Positions 22,576 through 35,518 of a stretch of DNA of 64,000 nucleotides are shown here, piece by piece. Within the stretch, counting starts at the first letter, position 1; every line of letters starts with the position of its first letter. Made by a program: the position numbers and the translations under genes. The notes under the pieces were generated by a model, which saw nothing but the letters and a program-made list of their open reading frames with translations, did no database searches and was not told the origin of the DNA. The DNA lies in the NCBI GenBank assembly GCA_043228905.1, contig JBHGNT010000004.1, positions 20,212,001 to 20,276,000 of the forward strand, read 5' to 3'. This stretch comes from Azolla caroliniana (taxonomy: Eukaryota > Plantae > Polypodiophyta).

Positions 22576-25199
22576 AAAACACTTACTCTTACTTTATGCC
22601 ACAAGTGTGTGGCGAAAGCTGGTCCCTTGCTCGTGCAGCTAACAACCTATTTCAGCTCGTTCCAATGGGTTTCCCATTCACACTGGGGGAAAAAATGCAC
22701 CTTATACCTAGGATTGATGATCGATCGATTGTTCCCTCCCCAATTCCTCGTTCTGAGCATAATGTGTAATGATATTACCCTTACATTTTAAGCTTCAGAC
22801 ATACCCGAGGTGTGCCCTTCATCGAAAAAATAAGAAAAAGTAATCATGTTTAATATTGCTTCTTACAATAGTGGTTCCTAAGGTGTTTGTAATATTATTG
22901 TATACGTAGCTTGGTTTCTATATTCCCTCACTCCTTTGTGATATCTTTGTATAAGCAACAAGTTTTTCTTTTTTTTGTCAAGTTGAAGGTTTTCTTTGTG
23001 ACAATGTTCATGCAACATGGACATAATAACTGACCACTCACAACTTCAAAATCTAAAGAATTGTTGTAAGATGCCTCTTTCTATATGAAGGTGGACGAAA
23101 CATTGGTTATTCCTTGCACTATGGGATGAACGAACACGCTCCATCGAGATCGCTTAAATCAACTACATGTGTGTGCATGTTATAATCGTGGAAACACATA
23201 CATAATCCTAAGGAATGTGCAACTAGAGAGTTATTGATATTCACTAAAATGCTAAAGGATGAGCATAGTACAATGGGATAAAACATTGACAAAATGATGA
23301 TGACGTGCTCACTAAGATAAGAAAGTATTGATGCAAGTGATATTTGCTTCAACGATGACCTATAAAGAACCAACACGACCATTAAGAACACAATATACGT
23401 GCACATAGAAACCTGGTGTGCATCCTCCTATAATCTTGTTGCTTCAATATTCTACAGCCCAGGAGTTAAATCCAATGGCATGACACCTGACAAAGGCAAG
23501 CGGTTTTGATTAGCAACAAAAAGAACTTAGTGCAAACCAACGCACGAACGTGAAGATTTGCAGAGGGCCCATATAATTTAACCGTAGATTGGACAAGGAT
23601 TACATTGGATTGAAAGACTCACCCAAGGAAGTAAAAATAGGCGAAGCTCGAATCATGTATGTAGTCCACATGCAAAGGAGGAAGGAATATATGTAAACAT
23701 TATCTTGGGTGGCCCATGTGGAGGTTGAGTCCAAACTGTAGATACATTTGTTAAAAATACATGTTTTTGGCCCTAAGGTCCCACATACAAAGGAATGATA
23801 CAAATGGACCTATAAAACCAGAAGTACAAGCCCTGTTTCAATTCAAGAGTGATAAATCTCAGTCTTTTTCAATTGAGCGGATGAAAGACTCCGCACCCCA
23901 AATCTTTAAAAATCTCTGTTAAATCAGAGGAAGAAAGCAAGTAGTTGGAGAAAATGATTGGCTTGTAATTTTATTGCCCTATTGAGCCTTCAAGTTGTTC
24001 CTGCTGGAGGGGTCATAGCCTGAGAAATTTCTTTTACTAGCTTTGCCTCTAATGATTCAAGGCAAATTGTGTGAGGATAATGTCTCTTACCTATTACGAT
24101 TCTCTCACCTAAGCAAGTTATAAAAATGGTAGCTCGACCAGTTTTGGTAGTAAATCCTACATGTATTTGGCATTTGGATGGATATACTGAAGGGTATACT
24201 AATGGGGTTTCTTCACATACCTACTAAAGACAAAATTGCGTATGTAGTATGTATGCATATGTTGCCGATAGCCTATAATCATGCACGTCTTTTTCTTTGT
24301 AAGTGTGCATATATATGTAGTGTATGCATGTATGTGTGTATGCACAAACATGTGTATCAATAATCATGTGCATGAATGTAATCATGCATGCCTATGTGTG
24401 CCCATGTTAATGTGCATTGTGTATGTGCATGGACAAATATGTATGTGTGCGCCTATATATATTCTTGTGTGAGTATGTGTATGTGTAGGTTATTCGACAT
24501 ATACATGTGGTGCATTTGTATGTATGTTTGTATGTGTGCATGCGACATCTACGTATCTACATGGGTTACTATGTGCATGTACATACAAGGTATGTTGTCC
24601 ACACCCTCTAGGGCTTGGAGTTTTTAGGATTCCAAGCATGTGTTGACATCACTCTCCCTTTATATGCTTTAATATATGAATAATTATGTTTTTTGAGGTT
24701 CTTCTTCTTTGGAAATGTCATGATTTCACATGGTGTTTAGAGGTGATTTAAAGGTAACATGCATTGTGCCAACTATGAAATTGTTGGTAGTTTAAAATTT
24801 TCTTGTTGGCAGTTTAAAATTTTCTTCTATATCAATCATGATGTTTGCCTTGCCTTTTGAAGGTATATGCACAAATAATGTCCTATTTGAATTTACATGG
24901 ATCAAGCGTGTGCTCCAATATTTCTCTTCTCCATGAGTAATGATTCCACTTGATGTTCATAATGCATATGCAATATATTCCCAAACACGAAGAATAAAAT
25001 TATTGCAATGAATGTTGTTTTATGCCAATTAGATCGTGATGAGAAAGGTAATGAACATGGTCCACAAAATGGTTTAGGATACAACACTTCATGAGATGGA
25101 TTGAAAAAGATTTAGTTTTCTAATATATAAGTGTAACCATTGCAATATGTTTAAGATTAAGCAACATACTCATAAACAAGCTTAGAACATAGAAGTTGA

Positions 25200-27415
25200 C
25201 ACAGCAGTCTACCTGCAAGGGGACCTAGAAAACCTCCAAAAGCTAGAAAGTGGGCTAGTTTTATTTTGCAAGCGATCCAACGCCATGATCAATTGGCACA
25301 AATCCTATGCAATATGGCTTTCTCAAGAAACACATCCGGCGTGGCACCCTCACCCCGCTTTCAAGTGGATCAATCAAGGAGCGAGCACCAAATATTTGGG
25401 CTTCCAAATTGGCTTCAACATACCGCCGGAGACTATGATTGCACCCGTTATCCTCTCCATTCGACAAAAGTTGATACATTGGAGCTCTACAAAATTGTCG
25501 CTAGCAGGTCGCATCATAGTGGCAAATCAAGTACTCCTCGCAACAGCATGGTACAGTCTATCATGCTGGACAATCTCCAAGGAAAGTATACATCAGATTC
25601 AACGACTGGTCCGCAACTACATTTGGTCTGGTAAGGAAGACCATGAAGCTCGCGCCAAGGTGGTGTGGCCTATACTCACAACGCCTAAGTTGAGAGGGGG
25701 ATTGGGTCTTATTGATCCCCTTTCACAATCGAAAGCCTTACTTGCCAAATTTGTGGTGCGAGGACTCCAACCAGGAAATGATTGTTGGAAAATGCTACTG
25801 AGGTTACGTTTCGCTTACTTTAAGCCACGAAAAGGGGTCAATTGAGCCCCCCAAACGGGATGGATTCTAAACATGGATCTCAAACCTAGTTTCTCCAGCC
25901 ATTTGGAGGACAGATTCAGTGCATCCATGTGGAAGGCATAGTGTGACATTCGTCGGGAACTCCAGTGTGAGCAATCGAGATCCGAACCTGCCTGGCTCAG
26001 TCAACGTATCCTATGGAACCCATGTCTCAAGAATGAATCTAATCAACTACTGGGATCACGTAAGGGGTTGTCATGGGGATACATTGCAGAAGGTCCAGGC
26101 AAAAGTATTGAATGTTGGCGACGGTTTATGTCAATGCCACTACAAGATCAAGCGAACATACTCCATGGAATCAAGGGCGGATGGACTATGAGATCGGAAA
26201 TCATTAACGCGTTACTGATTAGGGACTCTACTACTCAAAGGACGACAATGGAGAAATGGATAGGCCACGAGGAGGAGGGCTCTCTGATCCCGAGAGGTAG
26301 GGGATCACCAGACATGCTCGAAGGCCATGAAGTGAGGGACACTGAGACACCCACACAGAATAACGCCATTCGAGTACTCGCGTACACTGGTCATAAATGG
26401 ATTGTAGATCCTGATCCGATCAAAGTACAACCCGATTGGCATATATGTACTCATGAAAACACATCGGTGCGTAAGGTCAGTTGGGACTCTTTTGCAATGG
26501 ACATGGTGTGATCCCTACGCGGGGCAAGGAAGCAAACCCATCCCTTTCTTCCAATTCACAACTAGATTGGGTCGCCACATTCTAGCTGCTCAAACCGCCC
26601 GAGAACAGGCTGCTGCGAAGGTCTGGCACACATTTCAAGTTGCCTCCGCAATAATCACCAAGTTTTGGCAGAAAATCTGGAAGCAACAACACGCGAGGCG
26701 AATTACCACTTTCCAATGGTTGTTAATACATAAGTCCCTACCGGTGGGAGCATGGCAACGTGGGAACCTTAACTCTCCTAATTGTGTAGAGTGCCCACAT
26801 GCAGTAGAATCCATACGACACGCTCTGTGGGACTGCCCAACGTCCCATAGAACATGGCAGGGGGTTGGCCGCTTGTTGCAATTATGCCAGGTGCAAGGTT
26901 CAATCAAGTGGGGAAATATATGTTGGCTATCATGGCAAGCTGCAATTGGCCGATACAAGCATCAGGAGGAGGGGATGACTTTGGTGATAAAAGCACAAGA
27001 GGTTCTTTTCTCCTCCAGCGACAATGTCCACTATTTTCCTCTTAATGACAAATCTCAAGAGGTGTTGGAATTGGTTAGCCCAATAACCCTTTGGATTCTA
27101 TGGAAACAACGATGTAGGCGAGTCTTCTCCAACCAAACCACCCATCCAACAAGGTTACTGCAAGAGATATGGAGTGAAATTGTAGCCACTCTGAAGAGCC
27201 AATATGATGGCCTTAAAGGTGGCTCCGAGGGAGTTGAAAGACAACACATAGCCTTCATCCAACAATGGTCGTCCTCTCCCTTTCTTGAGTCAGTGGGCTT
27301 CCACATTAGATGGAACTAAAGCGTCCCTTTAGGGATTTGTACATAATCGCCTCATTTGTAAAATTTTATAACTAATGGAAGGAGTTTCTTTTGGAAAAAA
27401 AGAAAAGAAAAAAAA
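25200..27415 (+). mobile_element. 5'-truncated L1-type LINE (3' part of ORF2) with A-rich tail and 16-bp TSD
   Basis: TSD AGAACATAGAAGTTGA at 25184-25199 and 27416-27431. Peptides KYLG, LSLAGRIIVANQVL, GGLGL, the zf-RVT motif CVEC...ESIRHALWDC and LWILWKQRCRRVF. A-rich tail at 27395-27416. Stops and frameshifts are present. Confidence 0.95.
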
Positions 27416-29592
27416 AGAACATAGAAGTTGATTAGTTTCAAGAATATTGCTCTAGACCGGTTTCATAGAAGTTGACATCGTGTTTCTCCATGCATTTGTA
27501 GTTATGCTTATTGTCGTTCCGTCATTTAATTTCTCATTTTAAATCTTTATAAAAGTCTATGAAGTGTTGCTAAGGTATGTTGCTCCTAGAGGTTCAATGT
27601 CACCATTCACCCTTGACAAGCAAGAACATAGAACATGGGTTGGCTTCTAACGAACTTGAGTTTCCGATTGAGTGAGTTAACATTTCGTTGCAAACTCATC
27701 CTTGTACATTAACTTCTTCATTTGGAGGAATATTGGTTATAGGGTGGTGAGATTCACACAAATAATCCGATAACAATTAAGCAAGTTAATTGTTCTACTC
27801 GACATCTGCCATACTATCATTATTAACCAATTCTATTTAGTATGAGAGTGGAAGTTTGATCAAGAGGATTGCAAACAAGGTCATGAAAAACAACATTATT
27901 GTAGGGAAGAAGAGTTACCGAGTTTGAAAGAAAATTTGTCGATCGACGTCATATACCATAACTATGCAAATTATGATGGAACAAATATACCATTGCTAAA
28001 AAATGAATGTATACAAGGGGGAAATAGTGTTTCTATAAAGTGCATAAGAGGAAAATGTGGATGTATCTTAGTCAAAGCTAGTTGCTTCTATAATTTGAGT
28101 TAGGTGTGCCAAAGATTGATGGCAAAAATCTTTTTTCAAGATGGCATATGGTTCGTATCATAGGGTGTGACGATCTTCATCTCCAAATTCCTAACTAGAA
28201 AGTTCATAAAATAGTTTGTTCCAATAGTTCATAGATTTCAAGATAATGGATGTGAGATGCCAAAATGAGTGACAACTCATCTTGCTTTAAAATTCACCAG
28301 GAGAATGTGTTCAATGACGTCCTAACATTTTTGCGTAGATGCCCCAATATTTGTTGGTTCCCGTCAGGCTCATTCCCATTCATCATTCCATCGTATCCTT
28401 GCACACATGTGGACATGGCAAGGTGATGTACATGCAATAGTACATCAACATTTGTTGTACCCATTGGTAACTTTGAGTAAATGCATTAAGGCCTAGATCA
28501 ACACTCGTCTTGAACACGATAGGCACTACATATCATCCGAAAAGTTTATTTATGTGATAAATGTTTCTGATTAACATCAAAAGCCAACTTACAAACATAT
28601 AAGTCAGAGTTTGAACGCATGCCAAAAAAGTGTTTCTCTTCTCGGAAAAAGCAATCCACACTTCAGATCGATGGTATTCCCGAGGCTCTTTCGGGCTATC
28701 ATATCAATGTATCGATTCCCGGAAAGAGGGGAGTTCGAATCGCCCAATTCCACACATAGGATTCACCAAGATTTCATTCCTATGGCGATCAGGATCTCTG
28801 CTTTTTTCGTGCTTTTTTCATCATGCAATGGTTTCACAATCACTCTTAAGCGTTCATATTGTTGGGAGCTATTTTTTGAATGTATGTGTGTGATAAAAAC
28901 AAGAACAAAAAAGAAATAGTGGAAATTAGATAAAGTGTTACCACTTTATATTGTATGTACTATATGTATAGAGTTAGTTATGTGAGATATACATGTGTGT
29001 GTGTGTGTGTGTGTGTGGATATCATGTGAAAGGAAATGAAAGGGTGAGGGGCACGTCTTGTTGAGTGGCGTTGAAGCACACATACATATGTACAAAGAGA
29101 GACAGAGAGACAGAGAAGACACACAGAAACAGAGAGAAACAGAGCAATTGGGTCGTTGTGCACAGAAAAGAAACAGAGCATTTTGGGTTCCAGGGAAGAG
29201 ACTAATATAGTAGGGTGATCTTTACAGAAAAAACCCCCCAAAACTAATTGGATCCTCCTCGTAACAGAGAAATTCGGGGCGCAATTGGATTCTTTCCTCC
29301 CTGCGTAGAGAGAGAAAGCAATTGAACAGAGCAGAACAATTTTTTGGGTTCCTCTGTAATTCTCTCTGCAGTCGAGTTATTCTTTTATTTTTTTGTTTTT
29401 TGTTTTTTTTGCTTTTGGGCCTACAGGTATATTTGATCAATAGTAGTGTTGGATCTGCACATAGTTAGGTTAGATCACAAAATTAGTGTTAGAAATCTGG
29501 TATAATAAGGTCAAATAGTGTTAGATCTGTATAACTCAAATATCACAAATATAGTAGGTGCATCTGTATAGTCAGGGAAGAGTGTAATAATC

Positions 29593-30222
29593 ATGAGGAG
29601 GGAGGGTCGGATTCATGGGTACGAATTTGATCGGCAACAGGGTCTGGTCAGGGTGAAGGCGTCGGTTCAACCGACGAACCGATCCAAATTTCGGTCAAAG
29701 TGGCCACAAGAGAAAGCGGGGCGGCCGAGCTACAAGGCCCTCAAAAAGAGCAAAGGGCAGAGGAACAAAGGGCATGGCACGGACATGGTGTCCAACCACC
29801 AAATGCACGAGTGGTCGCTCTTTAGGGCTGCAGCAGACTACTTTGAAGATGACATTGCTTATGATGCTGATGTGGTGGTCCCTTTTGTTGATGACATGCC
29901 TTCCGTCGCCTCTGATGAGTATAAAGCTGAGTGTGCACCCCTGCCCCTTCAGCACCTCATCCATGTGACCACACTTTTAGACCCCGAACATAGCCTTGCC
30001 TCCGGCGGCCCCTCTGTTCCCTTCATAAATATAGCCACTGCTCCTCATAGTGATTTTGAAGAAGATGAAGAAAGCAACAGTGATTGTGCCCCCACAGCAA
30101 TAGCTCCTCATAGTGAGTTTGAAGAAGAAGATGTTGATGAAACTAATAGCAATTGTGGTGGTGATTGGCTCGACCTTGGCGCAACCAATGATGAGGAAGA
30201 AGAGGGGTGGTTCCTTTGTTAA
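29593..30222 (+). CDS. Uncharacterised plant protein (M[KR]REGR-H-G family), 209 aa, acidic C-terminus
   Basis: Intronless ORF with MRREGRIHG, PTNRSKF, KSKG...DMVSNH and a terminal EEEGWFLC. These match my recollection of a land-plant family of unknown function. Confidence 0.75.
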   Translation: MRREGRIHGYEFDRQQGLVRVKASVQPTNRSKFRSKWPQEKAGRPSYKALKKSKGQRNKGHGTDMVSNHQMHEWSLFRAAADYFEDDIAYDADVVVPFVDDMPSVASDEYKAECAPLPLQHLIHVTTLLDPEHSLASGGPSVPFINIATAPHSDFEEDEESNSDCAPTAIAPHSEFEEEDVDETNSNCGGDWLDLGATNDEEEEGWFLC

Positions 30223-30406
30223 CTTCATGGCTAGATTTGGATTCAGATAAATGTATATATTTGTGTACATATTTGAAAAAAATGGGCACAATTCCAAAAC
30301 GGATTTGCTTTTGCTAAATAAATTTTAGATGTAACATCTCTGTACATCTCTGTATTTGCTTCAAACATTCAAATTTCAGAATCATCTTTATTTAATCTGA
30401 TATTTC

Positions 30407-30462
<56 letters not shown>

Positions 30463-33051
30463 AATGATCACCTACCAATAGAATTGGCTTATATGTTGTT
30501 TAACCTGTATTGATATATAATCTCTTCCTTTGCCATAAATTTCTTTAAGGTTTTACATCTTGTGACTCTCAGTGATAATTACGCTGAGAGAGGTTTTAAA
30601 GATAGGCCATCCCCAAGCAAGAAGCTTTACTGAGCCATTTATTTAACAATGAGAAACTTCATAGTTTTAAAAACCAAGTATATCATATTAGCACATAATA
30701 AATACAAATACAGAAGACTAGCCATAGAATACCTGCTTGAAAACCAAATATAAATCATGAGCAGCGAACTAAGAAACCCAAGTAGGCGCTTCAGAAATAA
30801 TGTCATAAGCTAAATGCCTCGTTTACTAAGAAAAAAAGATCTAGAGATGGGTATATTTTAAAAGATGATCTGACAATATAAACAAGGAAAAGCAATATGA
30901 CTGAAAAAAACATCCTCAAAGAGCCATAGAAAATAAAAAAGTTTGATGAATAGGGTAGAGTTTAAAAGGAAATAAAAAACCAGTTGGAAACCCTAAAAGA
31001 AGCAAAGAAATAAGGGGGACAAACAGACACAAAGCATAAAATAACACAACAAAAACGAAAAACAATACACAATAGAGGACGAAAAGGCAATCAAAGCATC
31101 AAAGTGTTCAATAAATAATGAGGGAGGGAGACAAACTTGACGAAATTAGGTCATTAATGTAACAAATCTATATACATATGAGTAATGTCATAGGCAGCTA
31201 GATAAATATGAGAACAAGATGTTTATCATCGTCCTATAACCCTGATATGCAGCAGGTAACCAACTACTTACTGAAACAACAAATAATCATGTACTGTTCC
31301 CAACTGAAGACGAAATGTTTGTCAATGAATATCATTGTAGACATATGTGTGCTGACATTACGAATAGATCACATCCCATTGCAATGATGAGCATAGAGAG
31401 GATTGTGGAGTACATGCTTAAGTTTCAAAACAAAACCTCACATTGACTTGGAGTAGCATTGGGAAACAAGCAAAAAAATTCAAAAGACACAAACGTAAAA
31501 TATGGAGGTTTGAGGGGATGAGAGATATGAAGAAATGGTTTGGAAGATGGGATGCATTACACTTGCTTAATGATACCTCAATAGATTCCTTGATGAATGA
31601 GGGTTTTTTACAATGCCAACATGTCATGGTTTGGAAATCGGGGTAGTGGCGGTTCGTGCTTCACATGTTATATTACATATTTTGCATCAGACTAACCATC
31701 TTCTTCTCCTAATGCATAAACTACTCACCAATGCATCCTAGATCCCCTCCCCTTATTGGCATTCACGCCATCATTTCCATAAGACTTGCCTCTTATTCTT
31801 CAATTGTGATGGGGCATCAGGGCCACAAACAGGGAGATTCATTGATTATGCATGTTTTGCCCATAACAAGTTCAAGAGCCCGAGTATCATCATAGTCCAT
31901 TAACACTACACCTTCAACCACATTCAAGGTTGCTTGCCCACATTTTCAAACCCGGCCAATCCCTGCATAAGTTTCTCTCTCAATAACAATGTCCACTCTC
32001 ACTTGCCATGTTCAGTGAGGGTCACTTATCAACTCCACACAAACTCCGTGAAAATGTTTCGTGGTGGCAAGTCAAACTTGAACTCTGAGGATGATAGTAA
32101 AATCTAACCATCTCACCATCTCTACATAAAAGGCCAAGCATTCAATTTTCAATTAAAATTTAGAGTACACATAATTTCACCCGTAATGTCTGAATAACAT
32201 ATGTTTCAAATCCATTTGAATGTGGTTCAAAAAGAGTTGGGGCAAAATTTGCAAGAACATCCCTCAGCCATCATTAGATATTACTTTCATCATGTTTTTG
32301 TTCGTTATTTTAATATGCATTCATTTTGTCCCTTAACAGAGAAGGGAGTGACGGTAACACACAGAGGCAAGGATTGTTTTCCTGTTCTTCACCTTACAGG
32401 AAATCTACCAAACCAATAGCCAATTCATTTGGATGTGTGTTCTTCTAAACACATCCGTTAACACCAAACTCTAGGGTTTAGGGTTTGCCTATACCCGTAT
32501 CCTTGTTATGATCTCTGAATGAGCTCCAACCATCAAATACAATGGAGAAAAGTCCTCACTATTATTCAGTACATTATACCTTTAATATGCAGTTGTAGGC
32601 ACATTTTCTTCAATAAGGACATTACAATATGCTTAAATTCAAGAAAATTGTGAAATGTAAAAGCACAAGTTAAAGAAGAATGAGAAGTGAAGATTAGTTA
32701 CTCACCGAAATTTTTTCGTTGTACACATTATCATACACAGAACTTAGCACCATTGGCTATTGAGTGTAATGTGCCTGCGATGAACAACTGAAAAAATTTA
32801 TCATATGCTCCTTTCCAAAATCAAGAACACGTGCATATGGTAGAAATGTGAACACACTTTACCTGTTCATTGTTTATCATACGACATATAGTAAAGAATA
32901 CTACATGGGGTAGAAAAGAGTTTATGTGCCATAAGACAATTCTGCCAGCTGATATCACTAGGGTAAGAATGGTGTGGTTGTCTCTTCTTTGAATATCAAT
33001 ACAAAGAAGGGACTAATTGTCTTATGTTCCTTCAAGAGTAGAATCGTTCTT

Positions 33052-33215
33052 TCAACTACAGATGAGAATCCTATGTTCCATCATCAATGTAATAGCTAAA
33101 AATGCATGGCAACCATCACAAACCCGTACATTTTTTACAAAATGAATGCGTATTTTAACCATATTTGTTGACGAGGGCACATATTACAGCAAGTCTCTTA
33201 CTATGTTCACACCAA
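33052..33215 (-). pseudogene. Decayed DYW-domain sequence downstream of the PPR stop
   Basis: Translates as CEHSKRLAVICALVN, then in another frame IHFVKNVRVCDGCHAFLAI...RILICS*. Compare the DYW consensus HSEKLA and KNLRVCxDCH. Confidence 0.75.
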
Positions 33216-33322
33216 GTAACATTCGCTTTATCAAGAACCCCTAGAATCCTGAGCACTTGAAGAAAGATTATCCAATGTCGTTTTTGATGTCTTTTCCCCC
33301 AGAACGTTAAGTATTTTCATTC

Positions 33323-35518
33323 TTAGATATGCATAAAATAGCCATCAATGTTGATCCAGCTCTGACCTGAAACGTCTTTTCCTTGTACTTCTGCATACAT
33401 TTCTTGAATTTCCTTTGCTTTCTCCCACATATGAGCATCTGCATAGATATTATACATCAAAATATATGGTGTTTGGTGCTTCCTATCTGATCTTATAGCA
33501 TCTTCAAATATATGTCTCCCAAGCTTGATATTGCCCCATATTCTACAAGCATTCAATATGGTGCAACATGTTGAAATATCAGATTTAAATGGCATGCCTT
33601 TGAGGATCAGAATAGCTTCATCAAGCCTGCCAGCTCGGCCCAATAGATCAACCATACAATTCAAGTGCTTAATTGTTATTGAATTTGCATTAGCTTTGCT
33701 CATAGACTCAAAGTATTTCCAGCCTTTGTCAACTAAGCCTACATGGCTGCAACTATTAAGAACACTAAGGAAAGTTGCCTCATCAGGCTGTAAGCCTTCA
33801 TCTTGCATTCTTTCATATGTGCTAAAAACAGATTCAACCTCACCCTGACGTGTATACCCAGTTATCATTGCACTCCATGCAACAAGGTCCTTACTTAGCA
33901 TAGAATCAAACACCTCTTGCGCCTCTATCATACCCCCACATTTTCCGTACATATCAATGAGAGCTGTCGCCACAACTATTTCAGATTCATTGAAAACTTC
34001 TCTATAAACTTGGGAATGGATCCGTTTTCCATTTTGAAGAGTTGTAGCATTTCCAAATGCTTTGAGAACACTTGCAAAGGTCATAACATCAGGAAGTTGA
34101 CCTTTTTCTTGCATTTGAAGGTAGAGATTGAAAGCCCTTTCATTTTTCTCTTGATTCGCAACACCCAAGATCACTGCATTCCATGAGAATTCGTTTGGAT
34201 TGATACCCTCCAACTGCATCTCTTCAAACAAATCCAACGCTTCTTCATGGAGACCAAGGTCAGCATAACCAGCTATCAGTGCACTCCAAGAGACTACATC
34301 TCTCACAGCTAGACCGTCAAATACTACATGTGCTTCAATGACTGATCCACATTTTGCATACATATCCAATAAAGTGTTACCAATGAATAAAGCTTTCTCA
34401 AACCCCATAGCTATAATGTGATTATGCATTTCATGGCCTTGTTGTAAGGATACCATATTAGCACATGCCCTCAAGCTGCAAATAAATGTGACTGCATTGG
34501 GTGAAACGCCATCCAATTGCATGTTTTTTAGGCAGGACAGAGCTTTCTCATTAAGCCCTTGCTCAACATAACATGAAACCAACACTGTCCAAGAGACTAC
34601 ATCTCGATAATTTAAACTGTTGAAAACACTTTGCGCTTCTACATGTGAGCCACATTTCCCATACATATCTAGCAACGTGTTTCCATGCAAACAATTTCTT
34701 TCTAACCCAAGCTTGATAACCTCAGTATGCAATTCCAAGCCATTTTCAATGTCTCTGGAGCTTCCACAAGCTTTCAAACACATAAGGTAAGTGACTGGAT
34801 TTGGCAGTATACCCTTCATTTGCATTTCTCCTAAACACTCAACTGACTCCTTTGAAAGACCCTTTTCTGCGTATCCTGTCAGAAGAGCATTCCATGATAC
34901 CACATCTTGAATTGGTATCTTATCAAACACCCTTTGAGATTCTTCCAAAGAACCACATTTAGCATACATATCTACCAAAGCATTTCCAAGAAAAAGGTCA
35001 CCATCTAGCTTCCATTTCATTATGTCTCTTTCTATTTCATAGCCTCTCTCTAGAGATTTGATCCTCGCACATGCTTTTAAGAGGGCTAGAAATGTATACT
35101 TGCTTGGATGCACATGACCATTCATCATTCTCTTATACAACTCAAACGCATGCTGGAATTTCTTATCTTCAATATACCCCTGTAGAAGAGCAGTCCAAGA
35201 AGGTTCTTCTTGATATTCTAACTTGTTAAATGCTTGCTGTGCCATATCTAAGCCTTTACAATCTATAAACATAACAACAATAGAGTTTCCAAGTATTTCA
35301 TGATCATCCATGCCATTATTGCATATGCTCACATGCAATGCTTTGGCAAGATGTAGAGATTTCTTTCCTCTACATATCTTCACAATATATGCAAAATTCT
35401 CAGGCAACGGTGGCTCTCTCGAGATTCTAGAGAGTGCTCTTTCCAGTTCTTTATCTTCATGGAATTGATCGGAGAAAATAGGGCATGCTTTTGCTGCAGA
35501 GAATGGAACAGAACTCAT
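33323..35518 (-). CDS. PLS-class pentatricopeptide repeat protein with E domain, 731 aa (probable organellar RNA-editing factor)
   Basis: Repeated GNALVDMYAKCGS / DVVSWNAL / PN.VTF motifs. HLNCMVDLLGRAG, the E-domain PYILMYNIYA and a PG-box-like GQSWI. Confidence 0.95.
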   Translation of the reverse strand: MSSVPFSAAKACPIFSDQFHEDKELERALSRISREPPLPENFAYIVKICRGKKSLHLAKALHVSICNNGMDDHEILGNSIVVMFIDCKGLDMAQQAFNKLEYQEEPSWTALLQGYIEDKKFQHAFELYKRMMNGHVHPSKYTFLALLKACARIKSLERGYEIERDIMKWKLDGDLFLGNALVDMYAKCGSLEESQRVFDKIPIQDVVSWNALLTGYAEKGLSKESVECLGEMQMKGILPNPVTYLMCLKACGSSRDIENGLELHTEVIKLGLERNCLHGNTLLDMYGKCGSHVEAQSVFNSLNYRDVVSWTVLVSCYVEQGLNEKALSCLKNMQLDGVSPNAVTFICSLRACANMVSLQQGHEMHNHIIAMGFEKALFIGNTLLDMYAKCGSVIEAHVVFDGLAVRDVVSWSALIAGYADLGLHEEALDLFEEMQLEGINPNEFSWNAVILGVANQEKNERAFNLYLQMQEKGQLPDVMTFASVLKAFGNATTLQNGKRIHSQVYREVFNESEIVVATALIDMYGKCGGMIEAQEVFDSMLSKDLVAWSAMITGYTRQGEVESVFSTYERMQDEGLQPDEATFLSVLNSCSHVGLVDKGWKYFESMSKANANSITIKHLNCMVDLLGRAGRLDEAILILKGMPFKSDISTCCTILNACRIWGNIKLGRHIFEDAIRSDRKHQTPYILMYNIYADAHMWEKAKEIQEMYAEVQGKDVSGQSWINIDGYFMHI

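Noticed and set aside
27600-28600. Coding-like decayed stretches (also ~23000-24000, 31700-32100, 36700-37150, 40800-41700, 54400-54600) that may be old transposon remnants
   Set aside because: I could not identify diagnostic motifs or boundaries by eye. A translated repeat-library search is needed.
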